A stretch of DNA of 62,974 bases, filler included, from Octopus bimaculoides (lineage: Eukaryota): NCBI RefSeq assembly GCF_001194135.2. It is 5 parts of 5 records of this genome, joined end to end, with 100 filler letters (N's around TTAATTAATTAA, not from the genome) between each part and the next. Parts side by side here need not be neighbours in the genome. Positions count along the whole stretch, not along the records: positions 12,019 to 37,798 come from NC_068996.1; 4 more parts are not named here. One strand, given 5' to 3'. Positions within the stretch are counted from its first letter, which is position 1; every line of letters starts with the position of its first letter. Both the position numbers and the translations under genes were made by a program. This document shows, piece by piece, positions 26,093 through 36,526 of this stretch. The notes below the pieces were generated by a model that saw only the letters and a program-made list of their open reading frames with translations, did no database searches and was not told the DNA's origin.

Positions 26093-26317
26093 ATATCCAA
26101 TGGCTCTTGGAAATTTGGGTGACCTTGAAGAAATTTCCCAATCTCCTGGTAGACCACCTCCACTAACATTATTTCAAGAAAGCATTGATGCAGATAAGAG
26201 ATATTATGATAATCAACATGTTTATCCTTACACCTACATGGGAGCATTTCTCTTCAGAAATGGCCAATACAAAGCTGCGCTTAGTTGTTGGTCAAATGCT
26301 AGTGCTGTCATGAAAGG
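26093..26317 (+). CDS. MEN1: Internal coding exon of menin (multiple endocrine neoplasia 1 orthologue)
   Basis: Acceptor ...aatcatttgcAG at 26091-92 and donor GTatga at 26318. Translation [74 protein letters not shown] aligns without gaps to the recalled human menin segment [74 protein letters not shown]. Both ends are phase 2. Confidence 0.95.
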
Positions 26318-27465
26318 GTATGAAATAATATTTTATTTTATCATTCTTTCTAGTAAATTGATTTATTATGCTGTAGCATTCTCCATCTCTTCCATTTTTT
26401 TTTTTTTTTTATCTGAGAAGTTCTTTAAGAGTATTGGACGGTGTTCTTCTTTCTGAGATACCATCCATCCATCTTCTCTGCTTACTACTCTTGGGATGGT
26501 CATGGGGATAGTATCCTCAGGTACTTTCTCCTAGGGTCCTATCAGGAGCAACCATCATTACACTTTCCTGTTGGATTCCCAAACGTGTCAACTAAAACTG
26601 TGGACATTGTGATAACTGTCTCATTCTTGGTCTACTTCTACATTTCCGACCAGTTGACTCAGCTTGAAGAATCTGTCTTATAATTCTTTCATTAACATTT
26701 ATGATTGCAAATAGTGTAAATGTTAACGTTTGGACTACCTAGGCAAAAGTTGTTTTGCAAACATTTTTATTTGTATTTGTGTTATTTTCTTGTGCAAGAT
26801 CCACATTTGACCAAGTTGCCAAGATAAGTTTCAAATCCAGTTGAAAAGATACATAACTAGTCTTAAACATCTGAATGTAAAATAAATACTAGCAATATCA
26901 AACTTACTTATTATAATTTATTTTATATCCTCAAATAAAATTGCTTGGTAATAAGTTAACAGTGAAAAGTATTTAAGTGTCAGCAGTAAGCTAGTGGAAT
27001 TGTTAGAGCATTGGCAGAAATGCTTTGCAGTGTTTATTCTGTCTTGCTCATTACATTCTGAGGTTACTCCAAGGTTAAGTTTACTTTTCATCCTTTCAGA
27101 GTTAATAAAATTTTGTGTCGGTCAAGTATTGAAGTTGATGGTATCAACTCTAAAAACTAAACCATACACTTCAAAAATTGTAAGTTTTGTGCCTAAATTA
27201 GAAACCATTATTAGTGTTGTCAATAATGTCGCCAAAGACTGTCTTAGTAGTTATTTGTGACTTTGCTGGAAAATTCCTCTTGAAGATTTTCCTAATAGCA
27301 GTTTCAGTACCTAGAAAAAAAATCTAAATTTCTTCAAGAATATGGTGAAAATGTCTTCAAGTGAGCATTGTCCATTATCTCACACAAATGATTCAGCTAC
27401 AATACAGATGCAATGTGTTTAATTCTAATCTTTCTAATTTAAAACTATTAGAGTTTGAGTGGATA

Positions 27466-27730
27466 AGTATACACTCTACAATACTCAACTGTATTACACA
27501 CTCTACAATACTCAAATATACTACATACTCTACATTATTAAACTGTTTGCTACAATGCTCAGTTGAACTACATGTTCTACAATACTCAACTGTTCTATAT
27601 GTTCTACAATACTCAGCTGTGTTACATACTCTACAGTACTCTATTCTACATACTCTACAATAATACTCAACTGCATTTTGTACTCTACCACTATCACATG
27701 TACTACACGTTCTACAGAAACTCAATATAC
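27466..27730. repeat. Degenerate 27-bp minisatellite
   Basis: Units such as TACTCAACTGTATTACACACTCTACAA, TACTCAACTGTTCTATATGTTCTACAA and TACTCAGCTGTGTTACATACTCTACAG. Confidence 0.8.
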
Positions 27731-27977
27731 TTTACAATTATATATTATGCTGCTATGTATATTTCCCATAAAATATTACTGGATATTAATTGATTAATCA
27801 CCCATAATTCTAAACTATCTGTTGTTCCACATTTTCACTCCTTCTATCCAATATAGCTAACAATTCAACCTTTTATACTCAGACTGAAGAAAATTAATCT
27901 CTGTATAATTCAAAGTATTATACAAGATATTATATTTGTTGTTCCTTTGCTCCTCCTCCTCCTCCTCCTCCTCCTCC

Positions 27978-29241
27978 TCCCATGAATAATATTTTTTAAT
28001 ACTTTTATTTTTCAAAATTATGATAAACAGTTCTTTTTTAACCTAAAATATACTCTCCTTCATTTTTTACAATGCTCTTCCATCTATCTGGTAGACTTGC
28101 AAGGCCCCTCCTCCAAAATTCACTTGTCCGTGATGAAAAATACTCCTCCAGTACTGTTCTGACCTCGCTTACAGAATTCATTTTTTCCCGTCCAAATGAT
28201 TTTGAAGACTGAGGAATAAATGATAATCAGATGAGGCAATATCTGGTGAATATGGTGTGTGGAGCATCGTTTCCCTTTCACACTGCTCCAGCCATTGGAA
28301 TGTCATCCTTGCTGTATGTGGCCCAGCATTATCCTGATAGAACACGTTTCATCCTGAAACCAAAGATGGTTGTTTTCCTTCTAGTGCTGACTTAAACCAC
28401 TCAAGCTGCTCACAGTAGATCTCCTTTGTTATCATTTGGTTTGGGTTTAACAGTTCAAGGTGGACTAAACCTTTCATATTCCACCAAACAGATAGCAACA
28501 CCTTATGTGGGTGAAGAGCTTCTTTAGGCAGGGGTGCCAGTGTTTCTCTTTTCCTTACCCACTGTCTTTGGTGCTTGACATTCTTATGGAGAACCCATTT
28601 CTTGTCAGCAGCCTCTATTCAGTCCAAAAGAAGGTTCATTCATGAGACATGACAGCAAAGAAGAGTACACATTCACTCTCTGCATGTGATTAGACTCGGA
28701 AAGTTTGTGAGGAACGCATTGATCCAATTTGCTAACTTTTCCAATGGCACACAAGTGTCGATGAATGGTTGAATGATTAAATTCAAGCTTCTCTGCTAGT
28801 TCCTCAACAATTATAATGGGATTTTGTTCCACCAGGGTTTGCAGGACGTCCTTGTCAAGCTTTACAGATCTTCCTAGACGAGGTTCATCTTCTAGGCTGT
28901 AGTTTCCAGTTTGGAATTTCTGGAACCATTGTTGACACTGGCTTATGCTTATTGTCCAATCCCCATATACTCCATCAATGTTCCTTGCACTTTTCATTGC
29001 ACTGTTCATTGAACTCGTAAAACAAAATATGCTAAATATACTCCTTTGTCACTTCCATTATAGCTTTGAAAAAATAATTGTTGAAATCGAACTGCACTCT
29101 TCAAAACTTGCACTAAGAATAAGGACAAGGTAAAATTACTACCTGTTTTTATAGCAAGTTGATGCGGGTAGTTTATCCTGTTCCCCTCCGACTTTTAGTT
29201 CATGAAATTTCAAAAACCACATTGTTTATGGAATGACCCAA
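27978..29241 (-). mobile_element. Second near-full-length copy of the same mariner family
   Basis: Colinear with 12134-13419. Right TIR ends at 29241 followed by TA. Left TIR is eroded next to a (CCT)n tract. ORF 28605-29009 gives WFQKFQTGNYSLEDEPRLGRS. Confidence 0.93.
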
Positions 29242-29771
29242 TATATTTATATATCTTATCAGATATATATGTGATAAAACAGAAAATGTGTGTATATGTG
29301 TACAGGCATTTTTCTTGGTCCCCCCTTAAAATCAATATTTTTCATCTGATTTCATTCATGTTGGGAACATACATCACTTGTGTTGCAGAGATGGTCATAG
29401 ACTCTTCAAATTTTCTACACAATGAGTAATGCCACCCCTAGGGGAAGAATACACCTTTTCATAAGTAAATAACAAATGCCAACAATCGTTGTTTCAAGGG
29501 AAATTACTCTTGATGATGTAGTTATGCTACTTTCACTTCAACTTCTATTACAGTTTTTACAATGCCCATTCACTGCAAACTGCCAATATTTGCACATTAG
29601 CACTTCCTTGAGGTAGCCATGCAATTTAAATCACCTTTAATTATTTTTTAAATGCCTTCAGAAAATAATCCATATTGTATATATTCTCTGCTTTTATTGA
29701 TACAAACTTGTGACAGTTATACAGTTTTTACAATGCTCATTCACTACAAACTGCTGATATTTGCACATTAG

Positions 29772-30370
29772 CATAGGCTGTTCTTGCACCTACAAATGCA
29801 GCTGTCACCACTCTTAACTATGACTTACTCAGTGAACTACCTTCTCAAGAATGTTACAGATCAGTTGACACCACTACTGACCTCAATCAGGTTACACACT
29901 TTCCAACAGAATTTCTCAACTCCCAACATCCTCCAGGACTCCCTCCCCATGAACTTCACTTAAAAGTCAGTTGCCCTGTCATCCGCCTTCGCAATCTAAA
30001 GCATCCACACTATGCAATAGTGCTCGCCTTGTGGTCAAACAAATGATGGACCACATCATTGAAGCCAAAATTATCATAGGACATGGCAAAAACGACATCA
30101 TTTTTATTCTGAAAATTCCGCTAACCCCAACAGACTTCCCCTGCTCAATGCAGAGACTTCAGTTTCCTCTCAAACTCAGCTTCCTTCTGACAATTAACAA
30201 AGCACAAGGTAAATCGCTGAAAGTTGTTGGATTGGACCTTCCAATGTCATGCTTTTCACATGGATGGTTCTGTGTCAGTTGTTCCAGAATTGGCCATCCA
30301 GACAACTTATTCATCTATATTCCTGAAGCAAAAACCCAAAATGTTATCTACAAAGCTGCCTTACAGTACT
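29772..30370 (+). mobile_element. Helitron Rep/Hel C-terminal PIF1-like helicase pseudogene fragment
   Basis: AVLAPTNAAV...FPTEFLNSQHPPGLPPHELHLKV...LQFPLKLSFLLTINKAQGKSLKVVGLDL...FSHGWFCVSCSR, with one frameshift near 29998. Confidence 0.9.
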
Positions 30371-31328
30371 TACTCCTCTACTGCGATCTTCACATCTACG
30401 CCAAACTGTAGCCGTTAACAGTATATTACCTTCAATGACTCTTCTTACTTCATGCACGCTGTTCACTCATAAGCATGCTCTGACATTTATTTTTGTACTT
30501 GCGATTATTCTATTTGTGTGTTTGCTATAAATGTTTGCTTTTGTTTATCATACATGTCTTTCATTGAAAAAAGCTTCAATGCAGTTGTGCCAGGCATTAT
30601 GAGTAAAATAACTACATGCTACGCAATGCTTCAGGTAAGATATAGGATCCCTAATGCCTACTGCAAGTGCGATCTCATTTCATGGACTTTCATTTATTGC
30701 TAACTGCCAAATTTGTGTTCAAAAAACTTCATTCATTACCTAGGTTGTTTAATAGCATATAATAAACTGCTAATGAAATTGATAATTATACATTTTACAT
30801 TTATCAACTTGAAACGACTTCTAACTGCAGGCTAGTTCAACTTGAACTGTCCAAAGGAGTGCGCCATTATAATAAACTACACCGTCCAAAGGATGGGTGC
30901 ATTTGCTTGTATATATATATATATATATATATATAAATGCTGTGTACATTTAAACACATAAGAGGTATCCATCATAGGATACCTGGCACACTAGAAGGAA
31001 TAGCCAAAATCCAAACCACTATTAGACATAAATTTTGAAGGGAATGAAATTTCCCTTCGAAATTTATCCCTAATAGTGGTTTGGANNNNNNNNNNNNNNN
31101 NNNNNNNNNNNNNNNNNNNNNNNNNNNNNNNNNNNNNNNNNNNNNNNNNNNNNNNNNNNNNNNNNNNNNNNNNNNNNNNNNNNNNNNNNNNNNNNNNNNN
31201 NNNNNNNNNNNNNNNNNNNNNNNNNNNNNNNNNNNNNNNNNNNNNNNNNNNNNNNNNNNNNNNNNNNNNNNNNNNNNNNNNNNNNNNNNNNNNNNNNNNN
31301 NNNNNNNNNNTTTCTTACCCTGATATTA

Positions 31329-31372
<44 letters not shown>

Positions 31373-31376
31373 TATA

Positions 31377-33013
31377 CTAGCAGAGATACCCGGTGTTGCC
31401 CATGTTACATGCAATGGAAGAATTAGACTTTTCTGTTATATTTTCTCTAATGAACTGGAATACCTATGATTCGAATTTCATCAAAATTGCAGATGAGGGT
31501 TCTTTCCCTCTTTACACACCGTAAAAAAATTCTAATTATGACACATGTATCCTATAATACTGATGCTTATGCGCAGATTCCAAAATTCCAGTCTTATGGA
31601 ACTTATTAAAAGGATTTTGCTCCTGAAAAATGGAGCACATGGAACTCTAAAATGTGGGAATTAAGGCCCCCTATTGGGGGTGGGTGTCTTAATGTCAACC
31701 AGAGAAGTTGAATTGTTGAGAATCTTTTTGACTTGGGTCTTATATCTATTGTTCAAATTTCTTTGAAACCAAAAGACAAATGATCACAATAAGCAGTCAG
31801 CTACCCTACCTTAGTTGTTACCACTCCCCAATGTAGAATTCCTCATCATACAAGTGACAGGCACAGCCATAAGATGCATTACAGTTCTGTAGCAATTGGA
31901 AGGGCGTGACCCAACTGAAATAAACATTAACAACTGTGTGACATGAGGGCTAAGGGGAAATGAAAGTGTCACCTATGGAGTTTGCAACTGACCACTATAC
32001 CGATAGGTAACTGGACAGAATAAATTTACAATCTATATATGTCTTTGAATAACCAGTCACTCATCTGGGAAGGCCTTGAAATCAATGTTGCCACCTGGGG
32101 ACTATGTGTGACCCAGTGATAGTAAAAAGACTCAAAGGAGGTCTACAAAGAAATAACTTTACTCAGCACTTTGCAACTGAATCAGTGGAGGCAAAGATGC
32201 GTCTCATTTATTTGACAATCTATGCACCACATTGCAGAAATCACAATGTAAGTATATCTCAAAGCAAACTCTTACACTGTTGTACCCTTGAATTATAAAT
32301 AACGCTCATCTGTTATGCTCGGGTGACCCTACAGCTTCCAAGAGTACAACTGTATTCGTCTTTGCTTAGATAAAATGACTAAACTGTGGGTGTTAAGTCT
32401 TCATGAAGAGGGCTTTCTAACTTCTAAGAAGATGAAATTTTAGAAATATTACTTCATTTGTGTCTAATATCTATGGTTAAAATTTCATCAACAGCAAAAA
32501 TATATGAATTTTCGTGGGGGTTATGGCCCTTATGCATAGAATATAATTACCAAATTTCATAAAGATCCATTCAGTAATTTTGACCTAGTTTTGGATCATA
32601 AAAAATGAATAAAATTTGGGAGTTAAGGCCCCCATTAGGGGGTCTTAGAATCCTCATAAGAAGTAGAAAGTTTGAGAATATATCTTGATGTGTGTCAATT
32701 ACCCATGGTTGAAATTTCATCAACATCGAAAATTTGTGAATTTTCATGGGAGTTCTACTGCCTTTTAAGGCATCTCAAATTCAAACCAAACATACTGCAT
32801 TATACCCGCCCTTATGCATTGAATCTAAGTTCCAAATATCATAAGGATCCATTCAGTAATTTTGGTCCATGAAATTGTATGAAACACACAGCATTACCCT
32901 TCTCCTTAAGCTTGGATTTTGTGTTCTAAATTTCATTAGGATCAGTGCAGTAGTTTTCAAATGTATAAGTAACACACAATCACACATAAAGACATTAACT
33001 TTTTTATAATAGA
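31377..33013 (-). mobile_element. Non-autonomous Helitron with canonical termini
   Basis: Minus strand begins A|TCTATTATAAAA at 33013 and ends ...GGGCAACACCGGGTATCTCTGCTAG|T at 31377, so it sits between A and T. Related internal blocks at about 31655-31770/32617-32725 and 32481-32584/32711-32868. Confidence 0.7.
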
Positions 33014-33055
33014 TATGAATATACACATATACATACATATATATGTGTGTGTGTG

Positions 33056-33112
<57 letters not shown>

Positions 33113-33159
33113 TACAAAGATAGATTGATAGATACAACTGAGTGGGCAAAGAAAAATAT

Positions 33160-33505
33160 GACACGCTGCCTAGTGCTTTTTTTGATAAGCCTGGTACTTA
33201 TTCTATCAGTTTCTTCTTGTCAAACCAGTAAGTTATGGGGATGGAAATAAACGAACAGCAGTTGTCAAGCAGTAATGAAGGAGAAACGCACACATACACA
33301 TACACTTACATATATACATACACACACACACACATATATATATACAATTGATTTCTTTCAATTTCTTTCTACAAAATCCACTCACAAGGCTTTGGTTGGT
33401 CTGAGGCTATAGCAGAAGGCACATGCCAAGTCACCACACAGTGGGACAGAACCTAGTACCATGTGTTTTGGAACTAAGTTTCTTACCACACACCCACACC
33501 TGCAC
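33160..33505 (-). mobile_element. SINE family B, minus-strand copy (others at about 45520-45960 and 58820-59240)
   Basis: aaatccactcacaaggctttggttggtctgaggctatagcagaag is the reverse complement of the family B core, and the (CA/TA)n insert is present. Confidence 0.8.
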
Positions 33506-33698
33506 CTATGTATGTGTGTGTTTATGTGTGTGTGTATGTGTGTGTGTATGCGTGTATATATGTATGCATGTATATAGGTGTATATATGTGTATATATTAC
33601 ATGTACATCTATATATATACATCTACACATATACATGTATACATATACATCTATATCTATGCATATACATATACATGTATATATATACATGTATATAT

Positions 33699-33791
<93 letters not shown>

Positions 33792-33834
33792 TCTATCTCT
33801 ATATATATATATATACATAACATATATATATTAT

Positions 33835-34099
33835 AAGCACAACCTTCGAACATTAGGCTTCACTGAGGCAATGACTTCTGACCGAGACCTTTGGGAATAT
33901 GCTGTGCATGAGAAGACCCGGCAAGCCGAGTGAGGCCAAAATACAATGCCTCTGCCAGGGATGTAGCCAGCCCACTTATGTATTCCTTTCTTTCATTGGA
34001 CGCTAAACTCCGCTTGCGAAGACCTGTTGAGGCAAGTGAAATCCAACTCATGCTAGCACGGCAAGTGGACGTTAAACGATGATGGTGATGATGATGATG
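33835..34099 (+). mobile_element. Short RTE LINE 3' fragment with internal UTR deletion
   Basis: [32 protein letters not shown] followed by the UTR start, then a jump to the terminal GGACGTTAAACGATGATG. Confidence 0.88.
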
Positions 34100-34128
34100 T
34101 AAGTATGTATATATGTATGTATGCCTGT

Positions 34129-35481
34129 ATCATCATCTTCATCGTTTAACGTCCGCTTTCCATGCTAGCATGGGTTGGACGATTCGACTGAGGACTGGTG
34201 AACCAGATGGCTACACCAGGCTCCAATCTGATTTGGCAGAGTTTCTACAGCTGGATGCCCTTCCTAACACCAACCACTCCAAGAGTGCAGCAGGTGCTTT
34301 TACGTGCCACCGGCACGAAGGCCAGTCAGGCGGTACTGGCAATGGCCACGCTCAAAATGGTGTATTTTATGTGCCACCTGCACAAGAGCCAGTCCAGCGG
34401 CACTGGCAACGATCTCGCTCGAATGTCTTTACACGTGCCACCGGCACAAGTGCCAGAAAGGCGATGCTGGGCACAGGTGCNNNNNNNNNNNNNNNNNNNN
34501 NNNNNNNNNNNNNNNNNNNNNNNNNNNNNNNNNNNNNNNNNNNNNNNNNNNNNNNNNNNNNNNNNNNNNNNNNNNNNNNNNNNNNNNNNNNNNNNNNNNN
34601 NNNNNNNNNNNNNNNNNNNNNNNNNNNNNNNNNNNNNNNNNNNNNNNNNNNNNNNNNNNNNNNNNNNNNNNNNNNNNNNNNNNNNNNNNNNNNNNNNNNN
34701 NNNNNNNNNNNNNNNNNNNNNNNNNNNNNNNNNNNNNNNNNNNNNNNNNNNNNNNNNNNNNNNNNNNNNNNNNNNNNNNNNNNNNNNNNNNNNNNNNNNN
34801 NNNNNNNNNNNNNNNNNNNNNNNNNNNNNNNNNNNNNNNNNNNNNNNNNNNNNNNNNNNNNNNNNNNNNNNNNNNNNNNNNNNNNNNNNNNNNNNNNNNN
34901 NNNNNNNNNNNNNNNNNNNNNNNNNNNNNNNNNNNNNNNNNNNNNNNNNNNNNNNNNNNNNNNNNNNNNNNNNNNNNNNNNNNNNNNNNNNNNNNNNNNN
35001 NNNNNNNNNNNNNNNNNNNNNNNNNNNNNNNNNNNNNNNNNNNNNNNNNNNNNNNNNNNNNNNNNNNNNNNNNNNNNNNNNNNNNNNNNNNNNNNNNNNN
35101 NNNNNNNNNNNNNNNNNNNNNNNNNNNCTTGCACACCACAACTGATGCTTCTTAGGTTCAACTTTTCTCTCAAGGTACTTACACTCTGTCTAGTATGCAC
35201 ACTGACATTACACATCCACCGGAGCATACTGGCTTCATTCCTTGCGAGCTACGCATGCCTTCAGCAGTCACAGCCCATGTTTCACTGCCATGAAGCATGG
35301 CTGTTCGTACACATGCGTCATACAGTCTGCCTTTTATTCTGAGAGAGAGAGACCCTTTGTCACCAGCAGAGGTAAGAGCTCTCTGAACTTTGCCCAGGCT
35401 ATCTTTATTCTAGTAGCTACACTTTCAGCGCACCCACCCCACTACTAACTTGGTCACCTAGATAGCGGAAGCTATCAACTA
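34129..35481 (-). mobile_element. RTE LINE copy (minus strand), interrupted by the gap at 34481-35127
   Basis: MLRWMCNVSVHTRQSVSTLREKLNLRSISCGVQ on the minus strand. (CAT)n tail at 34129. It is the reverse complement of the 36660-37780 family sequence. Confidence 0.92.
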
Positions 35482-35487
35482 TATATG

Positions 35488-36187
35488 TTAGATAATAGTT
35501 TATATGTGAGATAATAGTTTCACTTTAATAGTTTCAGTATTAAAGTGAAACTATCTGACATTACAGTAGAGATGTTATTGTTTCACTTTTGACACGTAAT
35601 ACTGCTATAGTGGAGATGTGATGTTGCACTGGGCTCGCACTAGGCAAGAAGTTAAACATTTTTGGAGTCTAAAACACTACATAGGCCCTAAGTAAGGCAT
35701 GTGTAAAATTTGAATGAAATTGGTTGTGTAGTTCTCAAGTTTTAGGGATTCAGACAGACAGACAGACACACATTCTAATCTTTATATATATAGATTAACT
35801 TGACTTAGCAAAGACCAAGGTCCTAGTAAACAAGAAGTTGGACAAGACCCTTTAACCTTTCTGGTAAATGGCCCTGCTTGATATATATAGGAAGGGTGTA
35901 AGCAGAAATTATATATATAAAGATGAGAATGTGTGTGTGTGTGTGTCTGTCTGTCTGTCTGTGTGAATACCTAAAACTTGAGCACTACACAACCAATTTC
36001 ATTCAAATTTTACACATGCCTTACTTAGGGTACATGCAGTGTCATGGGGCCCAAAAAATTTTCAACTTCTTGCCTAATGCGAGTCCAGCAGTATTAAATG
36101 TCAAAAGTGAAGCAATAACATCTCTATTGTAATGTGAGATACTTTCAGTTTAATAGTTTCATTATTAATACTGAAACTATTATCTAA
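35488..36187. repeat. Head-to-head inverted pair of a roughly 300-bp interspersed element (Helitron-N-like 5' end TCTATATATATAAAG)
   Basis: 35488-35794 is the imperfect reverse complement of 35909-36187, with a 114-bp spacer. The class assignment rests only on the 5' motif. Confidence 0.75.
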
Positions 36188-36332
36188 TCTCAAACATGTT
36201 TTTTCTTTTTAGTTCAAATGCAGAGCAGGCATTAAATAAAAATGCTGGTTCACCAAAGCTACATTAGTGGATGAAGTAGGCAGAAAATAAAAGACCATTG
36301 TGTATGTATGTGTGTTTGTGAATATGAGTTTA

Positions 36333-36489
36333 AAATTGAACTGAACTCTTCAAAACTTGCACTAAGAATAAGTACGAGGTAAAATTAATACCTGCTTTTA
36401 TTGCAAGTTTATGCAGGTAGTTTATCTTGTCCCCCTTTGACTTTTAGTTCATGCAATTGAAAAACTGCATTATTTATGGGATGACCCAA
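36333..36489 (-). mobile_element. 5' terminal fragment of the same mariner family
   Basis: Matches about 13260-13419, including the TIR ...GCATTATTTATGGGATGACCCAA followed by TA. Confidence 0.88.
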
Positions 36490-36526
36490 TATTATTATTA
36501 CTATTATTATATAGTATGTATATGTA

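Noticed and set aside
25902-26456. 184-aa ORF treated as a whole gene
   Set aside because: Only 26093-26317 is menin-like and bounded by AG/GT. The flanks are intronic read-through.
27466-27730. CRISPR-like array
   Set aside because: It is a contiguous degenerate tandem repeat with no unique spacers, in a eukaryotic context with no cas genes.
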